A stretch of 64,000 nucleotides of DNA from Octopus vulgaris. Taxonomy: Eukaryota. The notes beneath the pieces are model-generated. The model had not been told where the DNA came from. It ran no database searches and worked only from the letters and a program-made list of their open reading frames with translations. The stretch is taken from NCBI GenBank assembly GCA_951406725.2, contig OX597820.1, positions 113,770,001 to 113,834,000 of the forward strand, given 5' to 3'. Shown here one piece after another: positions 13,239 to 25,644 of this stretch. Position 1 is the stretch's first letter; each line of letters begins with the position of its first letter. The position numbers and the translations under genes are program-made.

Positions 13239-13498
13239 GAAAAAGAAGAATGAAAATGCTACTTTTTTAAAATTAGGTACATTTAAATTTCTTTATATAA
13301 ATACATAATAAATATATGCTTCGGTTGTTTATAAACTTTATCAAAAATATGTACTTAAATGAAATATGCAGAGAAAAAAGATTATTAATAAAATAAACGT
13401 TCAACCGAAACATGTAAAACAAAAACATCTTTTATGTATTTATATAAAGACTTTTAAATGTACCTAATTTTAAAAATACAGCATTTTCGTTCTTTTTC
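13239..13498. repeat. Fold-back inverted repeat (about 260 bp)
   Basis: GAAAATGCT..AAAATTAGGTACATTTAAA..CTTTATATAAATACATAA is matched by its reverse complement TTATGTATTTATATAAAG..TTTAAATGTACCTAATTTT..AGCATTTTC. Confidence 0.8.
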
Positions 13499-13536
13499 AT
13501 AAATATCTACTTACTCGCGTGTTACCTCTACATTCT

Positions 13537-13616
<80 letters not shown>

Positions 13617-14177
13617 TGTATGTATGAGAAGCTGGAGATTTGAGTTTTATGTTATTGATTATTCAAATGCAAACGTCGGAAGTAAAAAAAAAAAAAACAG
13701 CGTGACAATACATAAGCAAAAATATTCACAAACACATTAAAATACACAGAGATCTTATTTGTTTATAAAAAAAGAAAGAAAAAACTATTAAAAAAGCCTT
13801 AAGAAAATGCGTGTTTTGTAGATATGATACTACTTCAGTAAATGACAATTGAATAGATGAATTGGTGACGCATTTTCTAAATATTTTTTTCAGTGACCAG
13901 TCAAATCTCGATGCATTGTTAGTTAATCATTATTTCAGTGTTTGAGAATATTTTTGCTTGTATAGTTTCGTGATCTTATTTCAACTAAGACCATCTCATG
14001 TAACGTGTCCTTCAGGCTTTTAAGATGGTAATATATGATTGAGGTGATATTTGGTTATTGTGTTTACCATGTCGAAAGACAACGTAGGGAATTATCTTTT
14101 TGGTTCGATGATATATGATGAATGTTATAGGTCAGCGTTGTTGTCGCCGTCGTTGTCATCGTCATCGTCGTGAATTA

Positions 14178-14285
14178 AAAGTGTCTTGCTCAAGGACACA
14201 ACGCGTTACTGGGGATCGAACTTCCGATCTTACGATCGTGAGCTGAATGCCCTAACCACTGAGCCAAGCGCCTTCGCATACATAC
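14178..14285 (-). mobile_element. SINE family B 5' fragment, inverted near-copy of 12803-12910
   Basis: 108 bp reverse complement with 3 mismatches by eye. Confidence 0.8.
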
Positions 14286-14565
14286 ATCGTTTTCGTCTTC
14301 GTTGTTTAGCTCCTGACTGAGTAGGCCTATGACCATAGGCATTTCATCCATAACTGTTCCATCCGCTTTTTTGTTCGTTTAGTCTTTTCGCTTGTGTATT
14401 TCCGTGACTACGTTGTCCAATACATCCTTCGTTTTAAGACTGCTATTTCTAACAAATCAAACGACCACATAGAGACGCTGCCAGATTGTTGACGATGATA
14501 TTGCTGCCATTCTTGCTATGACCGTTAATGTTATCGCTGTCATCGTCGTTGTTGCTGCTGTTGCC

Positions 14566-14924
14566 GTTGAGCGAAGCGGTCTTCGTCCTCTTGGGAGAAG
14601 TCCGAAACGTGGTCCTTTGCTATTCGTAAGACCCGCAGAAGAGAAAGCAGGTCAACCCCCGACACCGAGAGCATCGACGGATGGATGAATGCGCATCCAG
14701 GCTCAGCAGTTGCGTAGGAAGTCGGGGACCAGAAACAGGAAGAAAGAGTGAGAGAAAGTTGGAGCGAAAGAGTACAACAGGGGCCGCCGCCACCCCCTGC
14801 CGGAGCCTCGAGGAGCTTTAGGTGTTTTCGCTCAATAAACACACACCACGCCCGGTCTGGGAATCGAAACCGCGATCCTCCGACCGCGAGTCCGCTGCCC
14901 TAACCACTGGGCCATTGCGCCTCC
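14566..14924 (-). mobile_element. Young tRNA-derived SINE, family A (CAA/CAG tail)
   Basis: Minus strand begins GGAGGCGCAATGGCCCAGTGGTTAGG (A box)...GGTTTCGATTCCC (B box). Near-identical copies at 22448, 45421 and 61463. Confidence 0.88.
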
Positions 14925-15099
14925 TGTTGCTGCTGTTGTTGTTATTGTCGTTGTTCTTGCTATTGTTGTTATTGGTAGTGGTGGTGGGGGTTCGTCTTCG
15001 TCGTCGTCGTCGTCGTCGTGTAGTTAATTGCTTCAATATTAAATTTCTAGTTGATTTCTTCATTAAAACATATCTCCATTTTTATTCACGGCGTGATGT

Positions 15100-15370
15100 T
15101 GGTGGCGGCGGTGGGTGCGGAGGTGGGGGGGTGATCATGAGTGTGGTAGTGATGGCAGTGGTGGCGGCTATGATGGTTGTGGTGGTGGTGGTTGTGGTTG
15201 TGGTGGTGGTGGTTGTGGTGGTGGTGGTTGTGGTTGTGGTTGTGTGGTGGTTGTGGTGGTGGTGGTGGTGGTGGTGGTGGTGGTGGTGGTTGTGGTGGTG
15301 GTGGTTGTGTGGTGGTTGTGGTGGTGGTGGTGGTAGTGGTGGTGGTGGTGGTGGTGGTGGTGGTGGTGGT
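15100..15370. repeat. (GGT)n low-complexity tract
   Basis: Directly visible. Confidence 0.9.
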
Positions 15371-15837
15371 ATAATGACGACATTGCAGTGTCTGGCGAGT
15401 GTCAAGTTTGGTGTAGCGTGGTATGATGCGGGTGTGGGATCATTTATTGTAATGAACTTATGGAGGAGAAACTGTTGGACAAGAGAGCGTGGGTAAGCGT
15501 TAGTATTAAGATTTTTATACGCGCGAATACATGTATGTATAAACGTGCATGGGCGTATGTATGCGTGCGCTTGCGTGTATATGTATGAGTGTGTGAGAGT
15601 GTGAATGTGCATGCGTGTGCCTGTGAGTGTTTGTGTGCGTGTTGTGTGTGTTTGTGTGTATGTTTGTGCGTGTGTGTGTGTGTGTGTGTGCGTAAACTAT
15701 TGCAAACGGTAATTACAAATGTCAACTGAAATTTGAAACCTTGTATAATGTGCGTGTCACGTGCCGTAGGCGATATTCGATCTCGCAATTTATGCTCAAC
15801 TAATCAAAGCAATATGGCCAAAACCAAAATACAATTA

Positions 15838-16222
<385 letters not shown>

Positions 16223-16460
16223 AGCAGCGTAGTAATATTCTGGGGTACTGTATATGTATCTGGGTGATGATGATGTTGATGTGGTGACAATTATATCTGG
16301 TCCTAGTCGTGTGACTCGATTAATCAACGTTGATCTGTTGTTGTTGTTGGTGGTGGTGGTGGTGGTGGTGGTGGTGGTGGTGAGGATAAGCAGAGGCAGG
16401 AGGAATGGAGGAGACAATGTAGAGTGATAAAAGATGGTGTTTTTCCTTCTAATTTATCAG

Positions 16461-16541
16461 GTACCGACAACAGAGACAAGAGCAAGAGACGAAGGTGAAA
16501 CTGTTCCGAAGGTTGTCGCCGCTGTGGACAAACACCACACG
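16461..16541 (+). CDS. Small phase-0 exon ([27 protein letters not shown])
   Basis: TTTTCCTTCTAATTTATCAG| acceptor, ACG|GTAAGT consensus donor; 81 nt open. Confidence 0.75.
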
Positions 16542-16635
16542 GTAAGTGTCCTTTGGTCATCAACACAACACTGTTCTGTTTGTATGTTGTAAAGGTAGAC
16601 AGACAAACATATAGACAGACGGACGGACAGACAGC

Positions 16636-16719
<84 letters not shown>

Positions 16720-17509
16720 CATGTATACATGCATATATGTATATATATTAAATAAACATATACACATTTTCATACACACGCATCCACACACACGCATCCA
16801 CACACATACATACACACACACACACACACGTACACACACACATACAAACGAGCGTGCATATATATATCAGGCAATACAAACATACACATATCAGGTGAAA
16901 AAGGAGCTGCTCAGAAAATATTCTCCGACTGGTAGCCAATGATACATACCTATGGAAATTTCACAGTTTACCGCAACATAGCAACGCACCAATGAAAAAA
17001 ATATTCTAAAATGTTGTTGATGAAACCGCAATAAAAAGTAAGGAAAACCGACCAGACATCATAATTTGGGACAGAGTAAAGAGAATATGAACAATGCAGG
17101 TAATCTGTTAAGTTAATGTTGATGATTATTGGAAAACGAACACATCTACAGGATGCAGCCAAAACACGATACAATATTTTACAGACTGACAAATGTTTCA
17201 ACAAAAAACACGTGATGTGCACGAGCCCAAACTCTGTAAAAAATCATAAACTAGTCGCTACAGGAAGACCCCGTTACCACCTACCTAATTTCACTCGGGT
17301 TATACAAACAGTCGTTTAAAATATGGGAGATGTTTTCTGCCGCACACTGTGTGTTGAATTAATGAGAAATATATAGATATACAACACGAACTAAAGCTAT
17401 TGGGGAATTTGAAGATGCAACTAACTGCTTCAGTATCAATCTTGCAAAGCTTGGCTTCACATCACCAGTACGAACACGACTAATTACAGAAACAAGTGGC
17501 TCTCCGTTG

Positions 17510-17818
17510 TTTACGACGACGAGATTTCCAGTTGATCTGGACAATGTAACAGCCTACTCGTGAAATTAACGTGCGAATGGCTGAGCACTCCACAGACACG
17601 CGTACTAATAATGTAGTTCTCAGGAAGACTCAGCGTAACACAGAATATGACAAGGCTGGCTCTTTGAAATACAGGTACTACTCATTTTTGCCAAATGAGT
17701 GGACGAGAGAAACGTGAAACAAAGTGTCTTGCTCAAGGATACAACACGTCTTCGGGTATCGAACTCACGACCCTACGATTGTGTGTTGAATACCCTAACC
17801 ACCAAGCCACGCGCCTTC
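17510..17818 (-). mobile_element. SINE family B copy
   Basis: Diverged reverse complement of 12813-13122 (AAAGTGTCTTGCTCAAGG...CCCTAACCAC..GCGCCTTC). Confidence 0.75.
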
Positions 17819-17902
17819 AGAAAATTACAGCTATAAGCCATTAATGAACTCGTGAAGAAATGTTTAAATGTTTAGTATGTATTATGTGCATATATATATA
17901 TG

Positions 17903-17935
<33 letters not shown>

Positions 17936-17984
17936 ATACACATATATCATGTGTGTATGTATGCATATCTATATGCATGTTTAC

Positions 17985-18026
<42 letters not shown>

Positions 18027-18033
<7 letters not shown>

Positions 18034-18131
18034 AAACAAGTCAAAAATAGAAAATGCTAAAATAATTTTATAGTGAACATTTCAATTATTAAAATTATTT
18101 TAGCATTTTCTATTTTGACTTGTTTTTCATA
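18027..18131. repeat. AT-rich fold-back hairpin between (TA)n tracts
   Basis: ATGAAAAAACAAGTCAAAAATAGAAAATGCTAAAATAATTTTA pairs with TAAAATTATTTTAGCATTTTCTATTTTGACTTGTTTTTCAT. Confidence 0.85.
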
Positions 18132-18158
18132 TATATCAACTCGTGTGTTCCTTTTCAC

Positions 18159-18229
<71 letters not shown>

Positions 18230-18232
<3 letters not shown>

Positions 18233-19272
18233 GGTGCGATGGGTAAATTGTTGCCATATTATATTCTTTATTTTGTGCATGTCTTTGGTGTTGCAAGGAG
18301 TTTTGTTGGTCTCTCGCTCAACTGCGCCCTACACATAATAATCAAGGGGTTGCAGTCCGAGGAGTTAGGTAACCAGATCTTAGGGATAATGTGGTCGAAG
18401 CAATTATCTGACAGCCATGACTGGATTCTCTTGCTTGTGTGGCGTGGTGCAGAGTCCTTGCTTGTTTTTGATTTTGTCAACTGCACAGTAAAGTAAGGTC
18501 AGTTGGGTACTGTCAGTGAGAAAAACAGCACCATTACACAATTCACTCTGCCAGTAATTAGGAAACGACATGTGGTACTGCTTGGCATTTGAGCCAGAAG
18601 CTCCAATACAAACATTTCAGAGTGTTTGGGTGTCAATCTGAGGACATACACCAAGAGTGATAAAAATCAAACATCCCGTCAACATCACGATGTTTGGAAT
18701 GATCACTAGTGATAGCGACATTATGCCTCCATTCATCTTCCCACACGGCCTCAGACTCAACATGGAGGCCTACATCAAGTGCCTGGAGGAGGTGGCGCTG
18801 TCCTGGGTCAAGAGGGTGGCTGCTGGAAGACCCTATGTCTGGCAACAGGACTCTGCACCATGCCACACAAGCAAGAGAATCCAGTCATGGCTGTCAGAGA
18901 ATTGCTTCGACCACATTATCCCTAACATCTGGCCACCTAACTCTCCAGACTGCAACCCCCTTGATTATTATGTGTAGGGCGCAGTTGAGCGAGAGACCAA
19001 CAAAACTCCCTGCAACACCAAAGACAAACTGAAGGCAAAGATTATGGCAGCATACACCAACTTAAACAAGAAGACCATCCAGAAAGGTTTCTGGAGATTC
19101 CAAAGCTGTCTGGAGGCTGTGATTGAAGCCAATGGCGATTTTATTGAGTAAATTTACTCTTTAGTATTTCAAGATATTTTTATATAATTTTGGTAAATAT
19201 ATGTCAAAATGACATGTCAGTGTTATTTTCATTTTTGCGTAACTTAGACAACAGTTTATTCACCGCACCCAG
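18230..19272 (+). mobile_element. Degenerate Tc1/mariner-superfamily DNA transposon, DD37D (maT-like)
   Basis: TA-flanked imperfect TIRs (CAGGGTGCG..TAAATTGTTG / CAACAGTTTA..CGCACCCAG). The transposase relic reads WQQDSAPCH...WPPNSPDCNPLDY with 37 residues between the 2nd and 3rd catalytic D. It has an in-frame stop and an internal deletion. Confidence 0.85.
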
Positions 19273-19286
19273 TACACACACACACG

Positions 19287-19374
<88 letters not shown>

Positions 19375-19624
19375 CGATTAAGGAAACAGAAGATGGATTT
19401 GGTATAACTTTATTTTGTACGACGATCGTTTCGACCCATCCAGCGACTGTCCCTTATGGGTGGGATGCTGTACATCAAGTCGTGTTGCATCAATTTTACA
19501 GTCTGGGTCACCAGTGCTTTACTCAACACATCAGCACACTAATTGACATATACCCATTAGTCTAAAATATTACATGTATATATATATATATATATGTGAC
19601 ATATGTGGAACGTGTTAATACATA

Positions 19625-20300
19625 CATACTGGTAGCTCCATTAGAACAAAAAATGGACAGATTTTCGCAAACGCAGATATGAACTGCAAAAGTAGAAATT
19701 TGATCTTCTGCATTAAATGCCTGTATTGCGAGGAACTATATACAGGCGAGACAGGGAATGCATTATCGGTATATTCATGAGTCCACAGGCAACAAAACCG
19801 GAACACTAATGTTTGCCAAATTCCATTGAGTGAACATATAGAAACATGTGATCAGAAAATGTTTCTAATTTTTCCTTTCCACAAACTACATGACACAAGT
19901 GAGGTTAGAAGAAAGTTAAAAGAAAAACGGTTTATTAAAATGTTTTGAACAGAAATAACAACAATAATATAACAACCAGTTAATGATGTGGATTAAAAAA
20001 CTATCTTTAACATATGAATATAAACAAATTACAGAATATTGGTCCGCCTGGTAAACCATGGTGTTTAAACTGCATGCGGATTGGTCAAAACCATATTCTA
20101 AAAATTCAGCTTGTTGGGGCATTTCTAAAAAGTACTACATTTGTCAACAACTCAACTATCAGTTAAACACATTTGAAATCTGATGATTACTCTATGCATG
20201 AAAGCGCTTATTTAACTTCATGAGCATTATGAAATGTTTTTTAATGTTAAAATACCATAATGAAAAACGTGAAAAACAGATTATGCTTTAACTTTATTCA
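19625..20300 (+). mobile_element. Penelope-like retroelement 3' relic (GIY-YIG endonuclease plus downstream hammerhead-like motif)
   Basis: Translation MNCKSRNLIFCIKCLYCEELYTGETGNAL..*VHRQQ..LSEHIE..RKLKEKRFIK fits the PLE GIY-YIG pattern. CTGATGA..GAAAGCGCTT lies at 20180-20209. Confidence 0.8.
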
Positions 20301-20359
20301 GCTGATATTTTATTCTCTGCACATTCACACAAATTTGGAATATATATATATATATATAT

Positions 20360-20537
20360 AGGGAGAGTTTACGAAAAAAACAAAAGACAGGTGGTGTGCA
20401 AAACAAACAGATGTATTAGTATAACGCTCAGGAATAGAAAAAGTCTTTTACATTTCGAGCCTACGCTCTTCTACAGAAAGGGACACAGAAAAAAACAAGG
20501 GGAGAAACAAGGAGAGAAAAAAATGTGTGTAGTGGCT

Positions 20538-20540
<3 letters not shown>
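20360..20540 (-). mobile_element. Short TA-embedded repeat carrying a hammerhead-like core (second copy at 63780-63935)
   Basis: Reverse complement of 63780-63935; flanked by (TA)n. Confidence 0.7.
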
Positions 20541-20626
<86 letters not shown>

Positions 20627-21239
20627 ACAGCATTAAAAATAAATCCACTCTCAGGGCTTTGGCCGACTCGAGAAGACACTTTCCAACGGGTCATGTGGTT
20701 GCGAAGCTAACTTTTTACCACACAGCCATACTTGCGCCTGTGTGTGTATGTGCGCGTGTATGTGTGTGTGCGTGTATGTGTGTGTGTGCGTGTGTGTGTG
20801 TGTGTGTATGCTCTTGCACACAAACATACATACACTTCATAAAAGAAAAACATTGTCTCACTTGCACGCATTAACGCGTGCACACTTCAGAAGTCGACAT
20901 CTTCATACACACCCTTTACAAAAACGGACAAAAAGGAACCTAGATAGATATGACGTTGGCCATTGCTCTATATGTCATTGATAGATCTGTCCAATCATCA
21001 TACGCTTCGTTTTTCTATTACCTTACAGCAAATAACGTGTACGGACATATTGGATTTTATATTGTTACTTTGTATCTGTTGTTGTTTTGGGTTTTTTTTT
21101 ACACTTTTGGTATAATAATTGTAAGATACAGCTGACTTTTTTCAACACGCCTCCTATCCCTCCCGTTCCTCCACTTCTTCCTCCTCCTTTTCTTTTCGTC
21201 TTCTTTGTGAAGCTTTCTGCTATTTTTCTGGCTTTTTAT

Positions 21240-21740
21240 TGCTGCTGCTGCTGCTTCTTCTTCTTCTTCTTCTTCTTCTTCTTCTTCTTCTTCTTCTTCT
21301 TCTTCTTCTTCTCCTTCTTCTACTTCTCCTCCTCCTCCTCATTCTTCCTCTTCTTCCTCTCCTCCTCCTCCTCCTTCTCCTCCTTCTTCTTCCAATTCTT
21401 CTTCTTCCACTTATGTTTTGTCTTGTTTCTTCTTTATTTTCGTTTTATCCTAGTCTTTTTCAACTTTTCTTGTCCTTTCTTTATTTCCTTCTATTTCTTC
21501 ACATTCTTCTTCATATTTCTTTTCTTTTTTTTCTTCAACTTCTTCTCCTTCCCTTTCTCTTCTTTTTTCTTCTTCTCCTTCCCTTTCTCTTCTTTTTTCT
21601 TCTTCTACTTCTGCTTCTGCTATTGCTACAGCTAACAATGATGATGATCATGACGACGACGGCGACAACAACAACGATGATGGCGTTGATAATTATGATG
21701 ATGATAGTGGTGGTGGTGATGGTAGTGGTGGGGGTGGGGC
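21240..21740. repeat. (CTT)n/(CCT)n/(GAT)n trinucleotide low-complexity region
   Basis: Directly visible. Confidence 0.9.
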
Positions 21741-22447
21741 TAGGGGCCGTTAGTTTTTATATATTTTTATTAAGACTGCATTTGCGCCATCTTTTTTACG
21801 ATCGTCATTGTGATTACTTCTGCAGTTCGTATCCTTCTTAATGCTATAATCATTGCTGTTGTCGTTGTTATTGTTGCTGTTTTGCTGTTGCTACGGAAAC
21901 TGCATTTGCAGCTCTTGTTATTGATATTGTTGTTAATATTGTTGCTGTTTTGTTGTTGTAGTTGTTGTTGCTGTTAGTGTTGACGTTCTTCTAGTTCTCT
22001 GTTTTATTTTTATTTACATTTTATATGCGTGTTTGTTTTATTGTTCTTCTTTTATCTTTAATTTTTGGTACGTTTTGTTCAAACTACTTCTGCCCCTCCT
22101 AATGTTACGGTTGCAGTAGTTGTGGGTACGGATGTTGTTGTTGTAGCTGTTGTGGTTGTAATGCTCGTTCAGTAACTGTTGCGGTTGTAGTTGGCCTACT
22201 TGTTTCTATTGTTGTTGTGGTTGTTGTTGTGCCTGTGGTTTTTCGATACAGCTGTTGTTGTTGTTGTTGTTATCGTTGTGTTGCAGCAGCTGTTGTTATT
22301 AATCTTAGTGTTCCTATTGATAAAGTTCTTGTTGTTGTTCTTATTGTCGTTGTTGATCTTATCGTTGTTGTTATCGTCGTCGTCGACGTCATTCTTGCTG
22401 TTGTTGATGCTGATGTTGATGGTGATGTTGTTACTGTTGCTGTTGCT

Positions 22448-22817
22448 GTTGAGCGAAGCGGTCTTCGTCCCAGAGCTCACAAGGTGGGATAAGTCCGAAA
22501 CGTGGTCCTTTGCTATTCGTAAGACCCGCAGAAGAGAAAGCAGGTCAACCCCCGACACCGAGAGCATCGATGGATGGATGAATACGCATCCAGGCTCAGC
22601 GGTTGCGTAGGAAGTCAGGGATAAGAAACAGGAAGAAAGAGTGAGAGAAAGTTGGAGCGAAAGAGTACAACAGGGGTCGCCACCACCCCCTGCCGGAACC
22701 TCGTGGAGCTTTAGGTGTTTTCGATCAATAAACACACACAACGCCCGGTCTGGGAATCGAAACCGCGATCCTCCGACCGCGAGTCCGCTGCCCTAACCAT
22801 TGGGCCATTGCGCCTCC
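22448..22817 (-). mobile_element. SINE family A copy
   Basis: Near-identical to 14566-14924; embedded in a (GTT)n-rich tract. Confidence 0.88.
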
Positions 22818-23010
22818 ACTTGCTGATGCTGCTGCTACTGCTGCTGCTGTTGGTGATGTTGGCATTGATGTAGTTGTTGTTGTGTTTGTTATTTACTTGT
22901 TATTTTTATGTTGTTGTCAGTGATGTTGATGTCTTTTATTATTATTTTTCTTCTTAACGATAATGACACTGTTGTTGATATTGGGAGTTAATACTTAGCA
23001 GCACTGTAAC

Positions 23011-23051
<41 letters not shown>

Positions 23052-23681
23052 CAACGACGACGACAACAACGACGACGACAACAACGACGACGACAACAAC
23101 GACGACGACAACAACGACGACGACAACAACGACGACGACGACTTTGATGATATACTGTCATCATCGTCATTATCACCATCGTCATAATCATCATCATCAT
23201 CACCACCACAACCACCACCAACCACCACCACCACCACTACCATTATCATCAGTGGCAGCAGCACCACCAAAAACAAAGCACTATCACCACAACCTCCGCT
23301 ACCACTACCACCATCGCCATCACCATCATCATCCTGATTTTATTTTTACCATAGGGAGAGCTAGTGTTGCAAAAGAGGTCTAGCAGATTAAACCACTTGA
23401 ATAATTTTATGAAGTAGATTATAAACATTTTCTTTTTTGTATGAACAACGTCAGTCCCTTACAGGACTGCCATTATAATGTAAGGTCCTCCTTGTCTGAG
23501 CTAATTTCGTGTGTATGAATCAGAGCGATTTCTGTTACAGAGACTATAGGTTTTGGTATTTCAGATAGATATAAGTAACCCTGTCTGAAATAAAGGCTCT
23601 TCGTGAAATGGAGGCCCTGGGCGAAATATGTAAGTTAGTCTGTCTTCCTGTCACATCTATAAGATATCCCCAGTTGATATT

Positions 23682-24490
23682 GTCACAGCTATTTAGTGTC
23701 GCCACTCTATTTTATCATATTTGTCTTATGTCACAGTGAAAATAACCGGCATCTCGGACACTCGGCAAAGAGCACACTCGGAGAAACCGTGCGAGCCGTC
23801 CGAACACTTGGAAAATGGATACACGACTGCGAAGGGCCAGGCAAGAAGCTAGTACCGGCAGCGGAACGTTGTGTAGAGGCTGCTCCTACACCGACTGCGT
23901 GTGAATCGTTCGTACGAAACCGACGTTGCGCCGATGCACACAGAGCTCCACGAGCCGACCTGCGCACGGACAACCGCAACAGACGTGCGCTAGGCGAAGC
24001 ACCTACGGCGCCGTCACCTTCAACATGCTGCTCGAAATAAATAAGCACGGCTGTCTTTCTGTCAAATCAGTCAAGAATCCATTCTTTATATTGTTACAGC
24101 TGTCTATCGTGAGTCCCCACTCTATTTTATCATATCTATCTAGTATCATAGTGAACGTTACGATCGCCTTAGATACTCGGCAAAGAGCATCCTCGAAGGA
24201 ATGCCGAGAAATGGACAGGCGACCACGAATGCCCAAACGAGCGGCATGACACTGGTACCGGCAGTGGAACGTTGCGAATATGCTATTTCAACAACGACGC
24301 AGCGATATACACAGAGGTTCGCAACCCGACTGCACACACACCGAGAATGCGAGCGGACGAGAAATAGACGCGCGTTGGCGCATCCGCAACGGCGCTGTTG
24401 CCTGGACGTTTTGGGACAGGTTTTCCAGACTCAAACTCCGACTACGAGGCATTATGTAGTGCTTATATTGTCACATCTAAAGTGACCACT
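23682..24490. repeat. GC-rich diverged tandem duplication (about 400-bp unit, 2 copies), possibly LTR-derived
   Basis: Shared blocks in both units: TGT(C/T)ACAGCT, CCACTCTATTTTATCATAT, ACTCGGCAAAGAGCA and GTACCGGCAG(C/T)GGAACGTTG. Confidence 0.6.
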
Positions 24491-24874
24491 TTCCATTCTG
24501 ACTGCTATCTAATACCATGCTATCTCCTAAGATATATGTTTATACATATCAAAAACTGACACACCTCTCTTCTAAAATATGTCTTTAGACATTTCTCTAC
24601 TCTCACACCGTTCTTCTAAAATGTATCCTGAAACATGTCTTAACTCTTAATTGTCTTCTAAGATATGTCTTAACACGTATCTCAGCTGTCAAACTCCTCT
24701 CCTGAGATATGCCTTAGCACATATTTCAAATGTCACATTCTACGGTTGCATGTCTTTACTGCCTCATTTATCTTCTGTTTCACCGTTTCATTGTCACTCT
24801 TTCCATAGTCATAACCTCTCGGCTATGACATTCTTATTTTTACATCTCGCTTATTACCCTTGCACCACTAACAT

Positions 24875-24960
<86 letters not shown>

Positions 24961-25099
24961 ATCTATTTATCTATCTATATCACTCTCACTTATTCTTTCT
25001 TTCTCTCTACTATTATACCTCTCTAATGTCACATATCTCTCTTTCTCGGCACACTCTACAGCCACCACACAATCGTATTAGTAGACGTAACTCTCAAAG

Positions 25100-25149
<50 letters not shown>

Positions 25150-25444
25150 CTTGTAATGTATATGTATGTGTATATGTGTGTGTGCATACATGCATACACA
25201 CACATATATACATACAAACATGCATACATACACACACACATATATATATGTATGTATGTACATGTATGTATATGTGTGTGTATATGTGTGTGTGCATATG
25301 TGTGTGCATACATATATAATCACATACACATGCATAAATACATACATACATATATACATACATACATACAAACGTGCGTGCGTGCGTGCGTACGTACGTA
25401 CATATGTACCGAATTACGATTATTTTCTTTCCCTTCATCCAAAG

Positions 25445-25644
25445 AAGAATGACAAAGAAACGCCGATTTTTTCCGGCAAAATGGCGCTGCTTACAACAAT
25501 AGAAAAATTCCTGACATCTCAGCCAATATCAAAGATATTAATACAGTGGATGCGCCAAACTCTGGAAGTGACCTGAATGTCAATCACACTAAAGAATACA
25601 ATTCCGAAAGAGGGACTCAAACGGACAGTTTTCGAAAGGATCAG
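25445..25644 (+). CDS. Probable phase-0 exon with an apparent 1-bp deletion in a T homopolymer (KNDKETPIF/FRQNGAAYNNRKIPDIS...TDSFRKDQ)
   Basis: Pyrimidine tract plus AAG| acceptor, CAG|GTGGGC donor; 200 nt. One extra T in the T6 run near 25467-25472 would give 67 open codons with composition like the other exons. Confidence 0.45.

Noticed and set aside
14540-14842. Recurring ORF 'SYATAEPGCAFIHPSMLSVSGVDLLSLLRVLRIAKDHVSD' (4 copies)
   Set aside because: Body of SINE family A; recurrence reflects copy identity, not a gene family.
14850-14924. tRNA-like sequence
   Set aside because: SINE head joined to a repeat body; no clean cloverleaf acceptor stem.
15177-15370. (GGT)n as a functional G-quadruplex or poly-amino-acid ORF
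   Set aside because: Ordinary microsatellite, abundant in this window.
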